Shown: in pieces, positions 1 to 6,564 of the stretch
How positions within the stretch are numbered: the first letter of the stretch is position 1
How the letters are laid out: each line of letters starts with the position of its first letter
The notes under the pieces: model-generated
Seen by the model: the letters and a program-made list of their open reading frames with translations, nothing else
What the model was told of the DNA's origin: nothing
Databases searched by the model: none
Made by a program: the position numbers and the translations under genes
Origin: Abditibacteriaceae bacterium
GTDB taxonomy: Bacteria > Armatimonadota > Abditibacteriia > Abditibacteriales > Abditibacteriaceae
Length of the DNA: 10,021 nucleotides
Reading direction: 5' to 3'
Assembly: GCA_031425655.1 (NCBI GenBank)
Contig: JANPJS010000307.1
Coordinates: forward strand, 1 to 10,021

Positions 1-312
1 ATGCGCCGCAGGCTGCGGTTTATTAGGAGGCGGCATTTCTCCTTTATCCACGCGATCAAAAACGCGCAACCACTGGTCGAAGTTTTTGGCATCCTCCAAA
101 TCGAAGGCTAATTTATCCAGCGCCAGCCCGCCTTTTTTGGTTTCCGTATCGTGGCAGGCCAGACATTGCTGATCTAAAAAGGTGCGAAACTGTTTTTCGC
201 TAACATTTGGCTTGGCGCCCTGCGCGGCGGCCTTTTGCGACGCATTGCTGCTCAGCAAAGCCGCACCGCCCACTAAAGACAAAGCAGAAAAAGCAAAAAC
301 AGTTCGATTCAT
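1..312 (-). CDS. 5' part of a planctomycete-type cytochrome c protein (PSCyt1 domain; probable DUF1592 family); runs off the left edge
   Basis: Manual translation from ATG at 312: MNRTVFAFSALSLVGGAALLSSNASQKAAAQGAKPNVSEKQFRTFLDQQCLACHDTETKKGGLALDKLAFDLEDAKNFDQWLRVFDRVDKGEMPPPNKPQPAAH. It has a signal peptide, CxxCH (151-165) and W..V..+V..GEMPP, and resembles the N-terminus of the 7617+ gene. Absent from the ORF track because there is no stop in the window. Confidence 0.88.
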   Translation of the reverse strand, partial: MNRTVFAFSALSLVGGAALLSSNASQKAAAQGAKPNVSEKQFRTFLDQQCLACHDTETKKGGLALDKLAFDLEDAKNFDQWLRVFDRVDKGEMPPPNKPQPAAH

Positions 313-373
313 GGGAATTTCCGAGACATTAAGCCGACAATTCTTGCCTCCGAATGTTGCAACCACAACGATT

Positions 374-2020
374 TCACTCGCTACTTTTGCCAAGCGGCGC
401 TAAAGGTCGGCCCGCCGGAGTCGTAAAAGGTTCACGGTCAAAGGTCGTTCCATCGTTAACTACGCGCGGGTCGCCAGCTTGCGTTAGCAACTGCATCAAG
501 CGTTGCGAAAGGAACTTTTTCTGGCTGGAAAATTTCGGATTCTCGGCTAAATTGTGGATTTGGTCGGGATCGTTTTTCACATCGTAGAGTTCTTCGCGCG
601 GGCGCTTGCCAAAAGCCCAATCGTAATACCATTTCCACTGCGCATCATCTTTATGCGCGACGAGCCACGCTTTGGTTGGCCCAGCGTCCATATCGGCAAA
701 AGTTGCCCTCGTATTGGTTTCTACATCGCCATCTGGCGCAATACCGATAACGCGGTTTGCACCATCAGGCGATCCCATCGGCCAACGGTCAGACGCAAAG
801 TTTTTCACATAAACCCATTCGCGCGTGCGGAGTGATCGCATTGGATACGGCAAATTGCCTTCACGCGCGCCCTGCACATGACGCTCACGGCCCGTTATTA
901 CCCAATTGCGCGTTTTATCAATCACTCCCGATTCTTCTTTTTGCAAAAGTGGCAGCAACGAGCGTCCATATAAGTTTTCCGGCACTTGGGAACCGCCGAT
1001 TTCCATAAAAGTCGGAGCCAAATCGGGCAGGCAAACCATGTCGTCAATCACGCGATTGCCTTTACCCTTCGGCACTTTGATAATCAGCGGCACCGCCACG
1101 CCCATGTCGTATAAATTGCACTTGCCCGATGGCACACCGGGCATTCCATGATCGCCTGATAGCACCACTAAAGTGTTGTTGGCATCGCCCGATTCTTCGA
1201 GCATTTGCATCAGCGCGCCGACATAGGCATCCAAGGCCTGACACTCGCCCAAGTAGTCGGACACATCTTCGCGCACTTCAGGCACATCCGGCAAGAATTT
1301 CGGCATTTTGCCGCGTAAATCATCTGGATTAATGCCCCATAAACTCTTCCCCGATCCCTTGACCCAGGTGCGATGCGTGGTTGTCGGCCCAAAGAAATAA
1401 TGCCACGGCTGACCGGGCTTGCGGTCTTTGAGAAAATCATCGAAGTTGCGCCGCACCGCTTGTAAAATTTGCGTGCGCGCGGCTTCCGTGCTTTTGCCCT
1501 GCGCAACCAACTTCGTGGCTTCCTCCGAAAAATTATTCGGCGTCGGCCCGCCTTTTTGATAAGCATATTTTTGCCCGCCAAACGGCGCATCCGAGGGGTT
1601 GCCCGGCCCCCAAACTTTGTAACTTTTGCCAATGTGATAGCCGCCCTCGCGCAGCATCAATGGATAAGATGGCAGTGAATAATCCCATGCACCATGCAAA
1701 ATTGAAGAGGGGCCGGTATTGAAAAAATAGCGCCCGGTCATCAAAGCGCTGCGGCTGGGAGTGCAGGATGGCGAATTCACAAAGGCATTGCGAAACAAAA
1801 TTCCCTGTTGTGCCACGCGATCAATGTGGGGCGTTTTGATGACATCGTTAAGCGTCGCGCGTTGGTCAATCTTCGCGTAAGCACCCGCATAGCGGCCCCA
1901 ATCGTCGGCGAAAACGAATAGAACGTTCCAGCGCGGCGCTTTGGATTCGGCAGCAAAAGACACGCACCAAAAGCACAGCAAGAATAGAAATGTAAGGCAA
2001 AAATTTAAAAAGTGCTTCAT
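374..2020 (-). CDS. Secreted formylglycine-dependent sulfatase (S1), possibly N-sulfoglucosamine sulfohydrolase-like
   Basis: Motifs NVLFVFADDWG, CTPSRSALMTG (CxPxR at 1751-1765), SGDHG, ELYDVKNDPDQIHNLA. Start placed at ATG 2020 (MKHFLNFCLTFLFLL signal peptide), 7 nt after the stop of the upstream remnant, rather than at 2110. Confidence 0.93.
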   Translation of the reverse strand: MKHFLNFCLTFLFLLCFWCVSFAAESKAPRWNVLFVFADDWGRYAGAYAKIDQRATLNDVIKTPHIDRVAQQGILFRNAFVNSPSCTPSRSALMTGRYFFNTGPSSILHGAWDYSLPSYPLMLREGGYHIGKSYKVWGPGNPSDAPFGGQKYAYQKGGPTPNNFSEEATKLVAQGKSTEAARTQILQAVRRNFDDFLKDRKPGQPWHYFFGPTTTHRTWVKGSGKSLWGINPDDLRGKMPKFLPDVPEVREDVSDYLGECQALDAYVGALMQMLEESGDANNTLVVLSGDHGMPGVPSGKCNLYDMGVAVPLIIKVPKGKGNRVIDDMVCLPDLAPTFMEIGGSQVPENLYGRSLLPLLQKEESGVIDKTRNWVITGRERHVQGAREGNLPYPMRSLRTREWVYVKNFASDRWPMGSPDGANRVIGIAPDGDVETNTRATFADMDAGPTKAWLVAHKDDAQWKWYYDWAFGKRPREELYDVKNDPDQIHNLAENPKFSSQKKFLSQRLMQLLTQAGDPRVVNDGTTFDREPFTTPAGRPLAPLGKSSE

Positions 2021-2027
2021 CTTGTTT

Positions 2028-2264
2028 CTAAGGCGTGTAAGACACAGTGCCTGTCGCATCGGTTTTGTAATTCCAACGCGCGATGTATTTTTCGCCGGGC
2101 ATAAACTCATCGTTTTGTTCCCTTAGTTTGCGCTTCAGCAGCCGATCCATTTGTTTATGCAGCGCGGCGCTTTGCGGCTGATTGACCAGATTATTCAGTT
2201 GATACGGCTCTTATTCGACAACGAAAAAGAGCCACGGGCCGTTTAAATCGCACACAAATGTAGA
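2028..2264 (-). pseudogene. 3' remnant of a third sulfatase
   Basis: Frame reads STFVCDLNGPWLFFVVE*EPYQLNNLVNQPQSAALHKQMDRLLKRKLREQNDEFMPGEKYIARWNYKTDATGTVSYTP*. This matches the sulfatase C-terminal pattern (GPWLLYD...DPYQLNNL). In-frame TAA at 2211-2213; no 5' part. Confidence 0.8.
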
Positions 2265-2277
2265 AGGATTTCGAGTC

Positions 2278-2373
2278 GGGCGTTACCGGCAGCGGAACGT
2301 AGGTCAGGCCGTCGGCGGCGAAGACTTCGTAGGCGGTGCGGTCGGTGAATGCGATGAGGCGATTGTGACTCAT
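2278..2373 (-). pseudogene. Remnant of a GH32-like C-terminal beta-sandwich joined to a start codon
   Basis: MSHN-RLIAFTDRTAYEVFAADGLTYVPLP resembles the GH32 C-terminal L.+..DR...EVF..DG motif. Its ATG (2371-2373) overlaps the upstream TGA (ATGA). The rest of track ORF 2191..2373 is out-of-frame read-through into the sulfatase remnant. Confidence 0.65.
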
Positions 2374-2477
2374 TCTTTAGCCTTTCGCTGGGCGAGTTCG
2401 GCGATTTCTTCGGCGGTCAGACTGCGCTGGTAGATGCGGATTTCCTCGAAGGTGCCGATGAAGGGTTTGTCTTGCAA
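2370..2477 (-). pseudogene. 3' remnant of a LamG/ConA-like domain protein
   Basis: LQDKPFIGTFEEIRIYQRSLTAEEIAELAQRKAKE* matches the LamG_3 terminal motif F.G.+dE+RIY.R.L+aeEI. Confidence 0.75.
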
Positions 2478-2558
2478 TTAATTGCTGATGCCGAGCGAAA
2501 CCTTCCCCACGCGCGGCAGCGTGTAGCGGATGCCGGGCGTCTGCGCGGCGATGCGCGA
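2478..2558 (-). pseudogene. Short coding-like remnant (FlgD Ig-like piece, or the upstream part of the LamG remnant)
   Basis: SRIAAQTPGIRYTLPRVGKVSLGISN* is in the same frame as the LamG piece, separated by TAA at 2478-2480. IRYTLP..G.VSL.I resembles FlgD-type Ig domains. Confidence 0.4.
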
Positions 2559-2559
2559 T

Positions 2560-4446
2560 TCACTCGCCAGCAAGCACCCGCAGGTCGGAGATTGTCCCAT
2601 CCAACATCTTCGCGCCGTCGTAATCGCCCACCGGCATTTTGCTGTCGAAGCCGATGCAGAATTCTTCCGCCGGCTGGCTGGGAATCAGGCCCGGCGCTTT
2701 GCCGTTGGCGACGGGCTGGCCGTTGATGCTGAGAATCATCGTCTTGTCGGGCAGCAGGCGCGCTTCGAGGCGCAGCGGCCCGGCGACGGGCTGCGGCCCT
2801 GTCACCGTTGTCACCTCGGTGCGACTGGTGCGCACCAGCCAGGCCACGCGGCCCGCCTTGATGATGAGGGCATAGCCCGCTGCGATGCCGCCCTGCGCCA
2901 CAATCACGCCGTCCGGCGCGGCGGTTTCCACCGCGCAGGTCACGGTCAGGGCGATGCCCGCGATTTGCGGCGCGTTTTCACTGGTCAACACATCGCCGAT
3001 TTTCAATTTGTCGAGTTTCAGCGGCGCGGCGGGCGTTTCGGGCAGATTGTCGAAAGGAATCAACGGCTGCGGGTTGGCCACGCGGCCCAGCGCACGGCAT
3101 CCGGGGCCGATGTCATTGATGCCGAGGTCGTCTTTTTGCGCGTCCACCAGCTTTTGCAAGCGCGCCACGACTTCGGGATGCTGCGCCGCCACATCCTTTT
3201 CCTCGCCGATGTCGTCGCGCAGGTTGAACAGTTTCGGCTCCGCCTCTTTTCCGGCGGGCGCGGCGTTGCCCATCGCAATTTGCAGTTTCCAATCGCCGTG
3301 CCGCACCGCGTTGAGGCGCAGGCCAAAGTAGTAATAAAACGTCTCGTGCGCCGCTTTGGCGTTGGCCTCGCCGGTAAGCTGCGGCCAGATGTTCGCGCCG
3401 TCGAGTTTGCGGCCGGCGGGCAGCTTGGCCTCGGCGAGGGCGGCGAAAGTCGGCAGCACGTCGAACATCGAAGTGATGGCGTCGCTTTGTGTGCCGGCGG
3501 GGATTTTTCCGGGCCACCACGCGATGGTCGGCACGCGCATTCCGCCTTCCCAGGTGCTGCCCTTGTGGCCGCGCAGCGGCGTGTTCAGAGAGCGTCCGGT
3601 GCCGCCGTTGTCGCTGGTGAAAATTACCAGCGTGTTTTTGTCGAGGCCGTTTTCGCGCAGCGCGTCCAGCACGCGGCCCACGCTCCCATCGGTTTCCTCC
3701 ACCCAGTCGGAATAGATGCCGTGCGGCGATTTGCCGGCCCATTTTGTGCCGGGATAAATCGGAAAATGCACCGCATTGTGGGGCAGGTAAAGGAAGAACG
3801 GCTTGTCTTTCTTTTCGCGGATGAATTTCACCGCCTCATCGGTGTAAATCTCCACCAACGATTGTTGATCGTCGGGCATAACGCGCTTTTCCACCTTGCC
3901 ATTACGCAGCAGCGCCAGCGGCGGCTGGCCTTTGCCCGTGCCGCGCACGGCGGGAAGGGGTTTGCCAAGGTCGCTGCGCACGCCGTCGCCGACCGGCCCC
4001 ATGTCGTTGGAATAGGGCAGGCCGAAATGCAAATCGAAGCCCTGCGCGTTGGGCAAAAACTCCGGCTGATCGCCGAGATGCCACTTGCCGATAATAGCCG
4101 TAGCGTAGCCTTTTTCTTTCAGCACCTCGGCCACCGTCACCTCGCCGGGCGCGAGGCCGGTTGCGCCGACGGGAAAAAGCACGTGCGGAATCGGCAGCGC
4201 GCGTTTGGCATAGCTGCCGGTCATCAGCGCCGCGCGCGAGGGCGAACACACCGGCGCGGCGTAGAACGATGTCAATTTGCGCCCCTCGGTGGCCATGCGG
4301 TCGAGATGCGGCGTGCGGTTGAGCTTCGAGCCAAACGGCCCAATGTCGGCATAACCCAAGTCGTCAATGTTGATGACGACGAAGTTGGGCGGCGCGGCGT
4401 GCGCGATGCCGCACAGCAGAGTGAGGGTGAGAGTGAGTTTTTTCAT
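2560..4446 (-). CDS. Secreted arylsulfatase A/GALNS-like sulfatase with a C-terminal LamG-like domain
   Basis: Signal peptide MKKLTLTLTLLCGIAHAA; motifs PNFVVINIDDLGYAD, CSPSRAALMTG (4234-4248), GKWHLG, GLPYSNDM, FTSDNG, KGSTWEGGMRVP. The C-terminal ~150 aa contain DGVIVAQGG...GY.L and DGTISDLRV. Confidence 0.95.
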   Translation of the reverse strand: MKKLTLTLTLLCGIAHAAPPNFVVINIDDLGYADIGPFGSKLNRTPHLDRMATEGRKLTSFYAAPVCSPSRAALMTGSYAKRALPIPHVLFPVGATGLAPGEVTVAEVLKEKGYATAIIGKWHLGDQPEFLPNAQGFDLHFGLPYSNDMGPVGDGVRSDLGKPLPAVRGTGKGQPPLALLRNGKVEKRVMPDDQQSLVEIYTDEAVKFIREKKDKPFFLYLPHNAVHFPIYPGTKWAGKSPHGIYSDWVEETDGSVGRVLDALRENGLDKNTLVIFTSDNGGTGRSLNTPLRGHKGSTWEGGMRVPTIAWWPGKIPAGTQSDAITSMFDVLPTFAALAEAKLPAGRKLDGANIWPQLTGEANAKAAHETFYYYFGLRLNAVRHGDWKLQIAMGNAAPAGKEAEPKLFNLRDDIGEEKDVAAQHPEVVARLQKLVDAQKDDLGINDIGPGCRALGRVANPQPLIPFDNLPETPAAPLKLDKLKIGDVLTSENAPQIAGIALTVTCAVETAAPDGVIVAQGGIAAGYALIIKAGRVAWLVRTSRTEVTTVTGPQPVAGPLRLEARLLPDKTMILSINGQPVANGKAPGLIPSQPAEEFCIGFDSKMPVGDYDGAKMLDGTISDLRVLAGE

Positions 4447-4488
4447 GGGGTGCCGGGAATCTTTCGTGGGGTTCGCTCGCCCTGGAGG

Positions 4489-4615
4489 TTACTTGCCCCA
4501 GATGGACTTCAGTTTTAAAATCGGCGACGACGAGGTCGGCGGCGGCGCGCAGCGGCGGCGCTATGAGAAGCAAAAGAGCGCCGATTTTCAGTCAGGGGGT
4601 GTGATCGAGTTTCAA
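4489..4615 (-). pseudogene. Internally deleted GH32-like gene (signal peptide/N-terminus joined to the last codons)
   Basis: TTG at 4613-4615 overlaps the ThuA stop. The frame reads KLDHTP*LKIGALLLLIAPPLRAAADLVVADF, then after a 1-nt shift at 4516 KLKSIWGK* (TAA 4489-4491). D+V+ADF is a typical mature N-terminus and LKSIW a typical C-terminus of PVC GH32 proteins (recalled, not searched). Confidence 0.6.
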
Positions 4616-5637
4616 TTGTTGAATTGGGTTGCCGTAAGACCTGTTGCCGGACTTTTACCCAGCGAATAGTCGTCAGGGCGCAGATTGCGCTTCTTGAAAA
4701 ACTCGTTGCTCATACCGCTGTAAAATGTCGGCGCGAAGGCGTCCACGTAACCGACGTCGGCCTTTTCGGGCACGGTCTGGCCGGTGAGATGCAGCGCCGC
4801 GTTGACCACCAGTCGGCGCAGGTTTTCGTCGGCAAAATCCACCGACGCGCCGAGCGTGGTGCAAAATGCGCGGCCCTTGGCGCGGCCATCGGGCGAGGTG
4901 TATTCGCGCAGCCAGGCCAACGGCATCATCGGGTCGTTCTTGGCGCCTTCGACGGTTTTCGAGGCCGGGTCGAGCGATTCCGTCACCGCGCCGCGCAGCA
5001 GAATCGTGGCAGCGTCTTGGTCGAGGTGGGCGATGCCGTAAACGTCGGTCGGCGCAAAGATTTCGCGCACGCCGCGCAGCACTTCGCGCGCGGCGTTGGC
5101 CGCTTCGACCACGCTGCGCGTGCCCTGAATTTTGTGGTGGCCGTGGTGGTTTACCCATGTTTCGCCGAGAATTTTCAGGCCGAACTCGGCCCATTTGAAA
5201 TCGCCGCTTTGCGCCGCGCCGGAAAAGGCGTGCGTCGCGGTGCGAAAGCCGATGACCGGTTTTCCGGCGTCGAGAAACCTGGCGAAGCGGGCCAGTTGGT
5301 CATCGGGCAACCGGCGGAAGCGCGTGCCGATGATGAGCAAATCGGCGTCGTCCAACGCCTGCGTGCCGGGAATGTTTTTCTGGAAATTCGGGTCAATGAA
5401 CCCGCCGTCGGGGTTGATGGCGAAAAGCACGGTGCAGTCGAAGCCGTGCTTCTGGCTGAGAATCTTGGCCAGCATCGGGCAGGTTTCTTCGCTGCGATAT
5501 TCTTCGTCGCCGGAAACCAGCACGATCTTTTTGCCGTTCGCAGTGCCGTCTCTGGGCGGCAAATGCAGCCAGTCGGCAGCCGGAGCCGCCGTGCCAAAAG
5601 CGGCGAGCGCCGCGACGGTGAGCAGTCGTTTGTTCAT
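4612..5637 (-). CDS. Secreted ThuA-domain (class I glutamine amidotransferase-like fold) protein
   Basis: 341 aa with a signal peptide; motifs KIVLVSGDEEYRSEE, GKPVIGFRTATHAF, PMMPLAW.R and F.TTLGAS.DF, typical of PVC ThuA-like proteins. Confidence 0.88.
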   Translation of the reverse strand: MNKRLLTVAALAAFGTAAPAADWLHLPPRDGTANGKKIVLVSGDEEYRSEETCPMLAKILSQKHGFDCTVLFAINPDGGFIDPNFQKNIPGTQALDDADLLIIGTRFRRLPDDQLARFARFLDAGKPVIGFRTATHAFSGAAQSGDFKWAEFGLKILGETWVNHHGHHKIQGTRSVVEAANAAREVLRGVREIFAPTDVYGIAHLDQDAATILLRGAVTESLDPASKTVEGAKNDPMMPLAWLREYTSPDGRAKGRAFCTTLGASVDFADENLRRLVVNAALHLTGQTVPEKADVGYVDAFAPTFYSGMSNEFFKKRNLRPDDYSLGKSPATGLTATQFNN

Positions 5638-5654
5638 TTTGATCCTTTATTCTT

Positions 5655-5721
5655 TTTGACAAAATCAGGGGAGACAAAATCATTCTTTCGCCATGATTTT
5701 GTCTCCCCTGATTTTGTCAAA
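5655..5721. repeat. Perfect 29-bp inverted repeat with a 9-nt loop (REP-like hairpin)
   Basis: TTTGACAAAATCAGGGGAGACAAAATCAT (5655-5683) is the exact reverse complement of 5693-5721. Each arm contains GACAAAATCA twice. Confidence 0.92.
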
Positions 5722-5747
5722 CCAGCACGCCGATCACAACTGAAAAT

Positions 5748-5987
5748 TTACCTCATTTCCAGCCCGCGCATGGTGCCTTTACCGGTTGAAAACTCGCCGG
5801 TCTCGATGCCGAGGCGTTGCAGCATCGAAACGTAGAGATTGGCCAACGGGCAGTTGTGGTTTTTGTCGAAAGCGAGGTGCCGGCCATGCTTGAAACCGCC
5901 GCCGGCGAGCAGCACCGGCAAATTCACGTTGCCGTGCGAGTTGGCGCTGCCCATGTGCGTGCCGTAAGGCACCATCGTGCGGTCGAA
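5748..5987 (-). pseudogene. 3' remnant of a DUF1552 (HXXSHH) family gene
   Basis: [79 protein letters not shown] is the characteristic DUF1552 C-terminus. The similarity stops abruptly at about 5988. Confidence 0.85.
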
Positions 5988-6203
5988 AGGCCAAAACGTT
6001 TGGATGCGTCAGGCCAACACGGAAGCCTCGTATGCCGGTTCACAAGACAATCCGCGCCCGAACGTGTGGCAAAATGGCAGCACTTTGTGGGTTCACGGAC
6101 TCAAAACCGAACAAAACCGCACCAAAGTCAGCGTCAAAAATGGCGCTGCCGAAGTCAGCGCGTTTATTCTTACCAATCGCAGCGCCGACGTGACGCCTTA
6201 CGG
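5986..6203 (+). pseudogene. Internal fragment of a pectate-lyase-superfamily (beta-helix, GH55/GH28-related) gene, interrupted by the MITE
   Basis: [13 protein letters not shown]...NGSTLWVHGLKTE matches the Q.VW.RQ.N.E...LW+.G+KTE signature of this group. With the MITE removed, the frame continues PYG-GAKISLWWSSP from 6413. Confidence 0.6.
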
Positions 6204-6402
6204 CAGGGCAATCGCATTAGGATTCTTCGGTGTTTCACGGAATGGCCCGGCGAATAAATTCGCGGCAACAACGCGGCGAAGTCCACCTTCGTGGATTAAA
6301 AACTAAGATTTTAGTCGCCGTAGGGCGACTTTGCCGCGGGCACCCTCTGGGCAGGGTTGCCGCGAATTTATTCGCCGGGCAAGTTCTAATTCGATTGCCC
6401 GG
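6204..6402. mobile_element. 199-bp non-autonomous element (MITE) with ISAs1-family-like ends
   Basis: Left end CAGGGCAATCGCATTAGGA; right end reverse complement CCGGGCAATCGAATTAGAA. It is flanked exactly by the 10-bp direct repeat CGCCTTACGG (6194-6203, 6403-6412). CAGGG ends and ~10-bp duplications are ISAs1 features. No transposase is present. Confidence 0.85.
6245..6380. repeat. Nested palindromic REP-doublet-like structure inside the MITE
   Basis: Perfect 25-bp IR GCCCGGCGAATAAATTCGCGGCAAC (6245-6269/6356-6380). Inner IR 6272-6283/6327-6338 has 1 mismatch. Two small hairpins: AGTCCACCTTCGTGGATT (6280-6297) and AGTCGCCGTAGGGCGACT (6313-6330). Confidence 0.85.
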
Positions 6403-6501
6403 CGCCTTACGGCGGCGCGAAAATCAGCCTGTGGTGGTCAAGTCCGAGCCAGTTCAAGCACATTGTGCCAAATAGCCACTTATTTCCGGCAAAAGAACCG
6501 A

Positions 6502-6530
6502 TTGCGACAGAAAAAATACCATGTTACAAT
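6502..6530 (+). promoter_or_regulatory. Sigma70-type promoter for the lacI-DUF1592 operon
   Basis: -35 TTGCGA (6502-6507), 17-nt spacer, extended -10 TGnTACAAT (6522-6530), 34 nt before the ATG at 6565. Confidence 0.7.
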
Positions 6531-6532
6531 GA

Positions 6533-6561
6533 GCTAACACGAATTACTAATTTGAGTTAGC
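6533..6561. promoter_or_regulatory. Candidate tandem LacI operators
   Basis: CTAACACGAATTAC (6534-6547) and CTAATTTGAGTTAG (6547-6560) both approximate CTAA-N6-TTAG. Together they form a 14-bp-arm imperfect IR over the predicted transcription start. Confidence 0.5.
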
Positions 6562-6564
6562 AAC

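Noticed and set aside
2021..2110. 30-aa N-terminal extension of the first sulfatase in the ORF track
   Set aside because: It overlaps the upstream sulfatase remnant in another frame; the signal peptide starts at ATG 2020.
2206..2233. Hairpin GGCTCTT-A-TTCG-ACAA-CGAA-A-AAGAGCC as a terminator
   Set aside because: It lies inside the decayed sulfatase coding remnant and has no U-tract; probably incidental.
2478..2480. In-frame stops (also 2211-2213 and 4592-4594) as recoding or an alternative genetic code
   Set aside because: Both TAA and TGA occur, only in fragments, and intact genes end at standard stops; pseudogenisation is simpler.
4460..4488. Possible degenerate half-REP (TTCGTGGGGTTCGCTCGCCCTGG)
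   Set aside because: No partner arm or second copy in the window.
2530..4518. 662-aa plus-strand ORF
   Set aside because: Antisense shadow of the sulfatase caused by GC3 bias; no recognisable motifs.
4624..5835. 403-aa plus-strand ORF
   Set aside because: Antisense shadow of the ThuA gene.
5977..6306. 109-aa ORF as a real gene
   Set aside because: Chimera of DUF1552 antisense sequence, the beta-helix remnant and MITE sequence.
5655..6412. Repeats as a CRISPR array or integron attC sites
   Set aside because: No regularly spaced direct repeats with unique spacers, no cas or integrase genes, and no convincing attC R-box arrangement.
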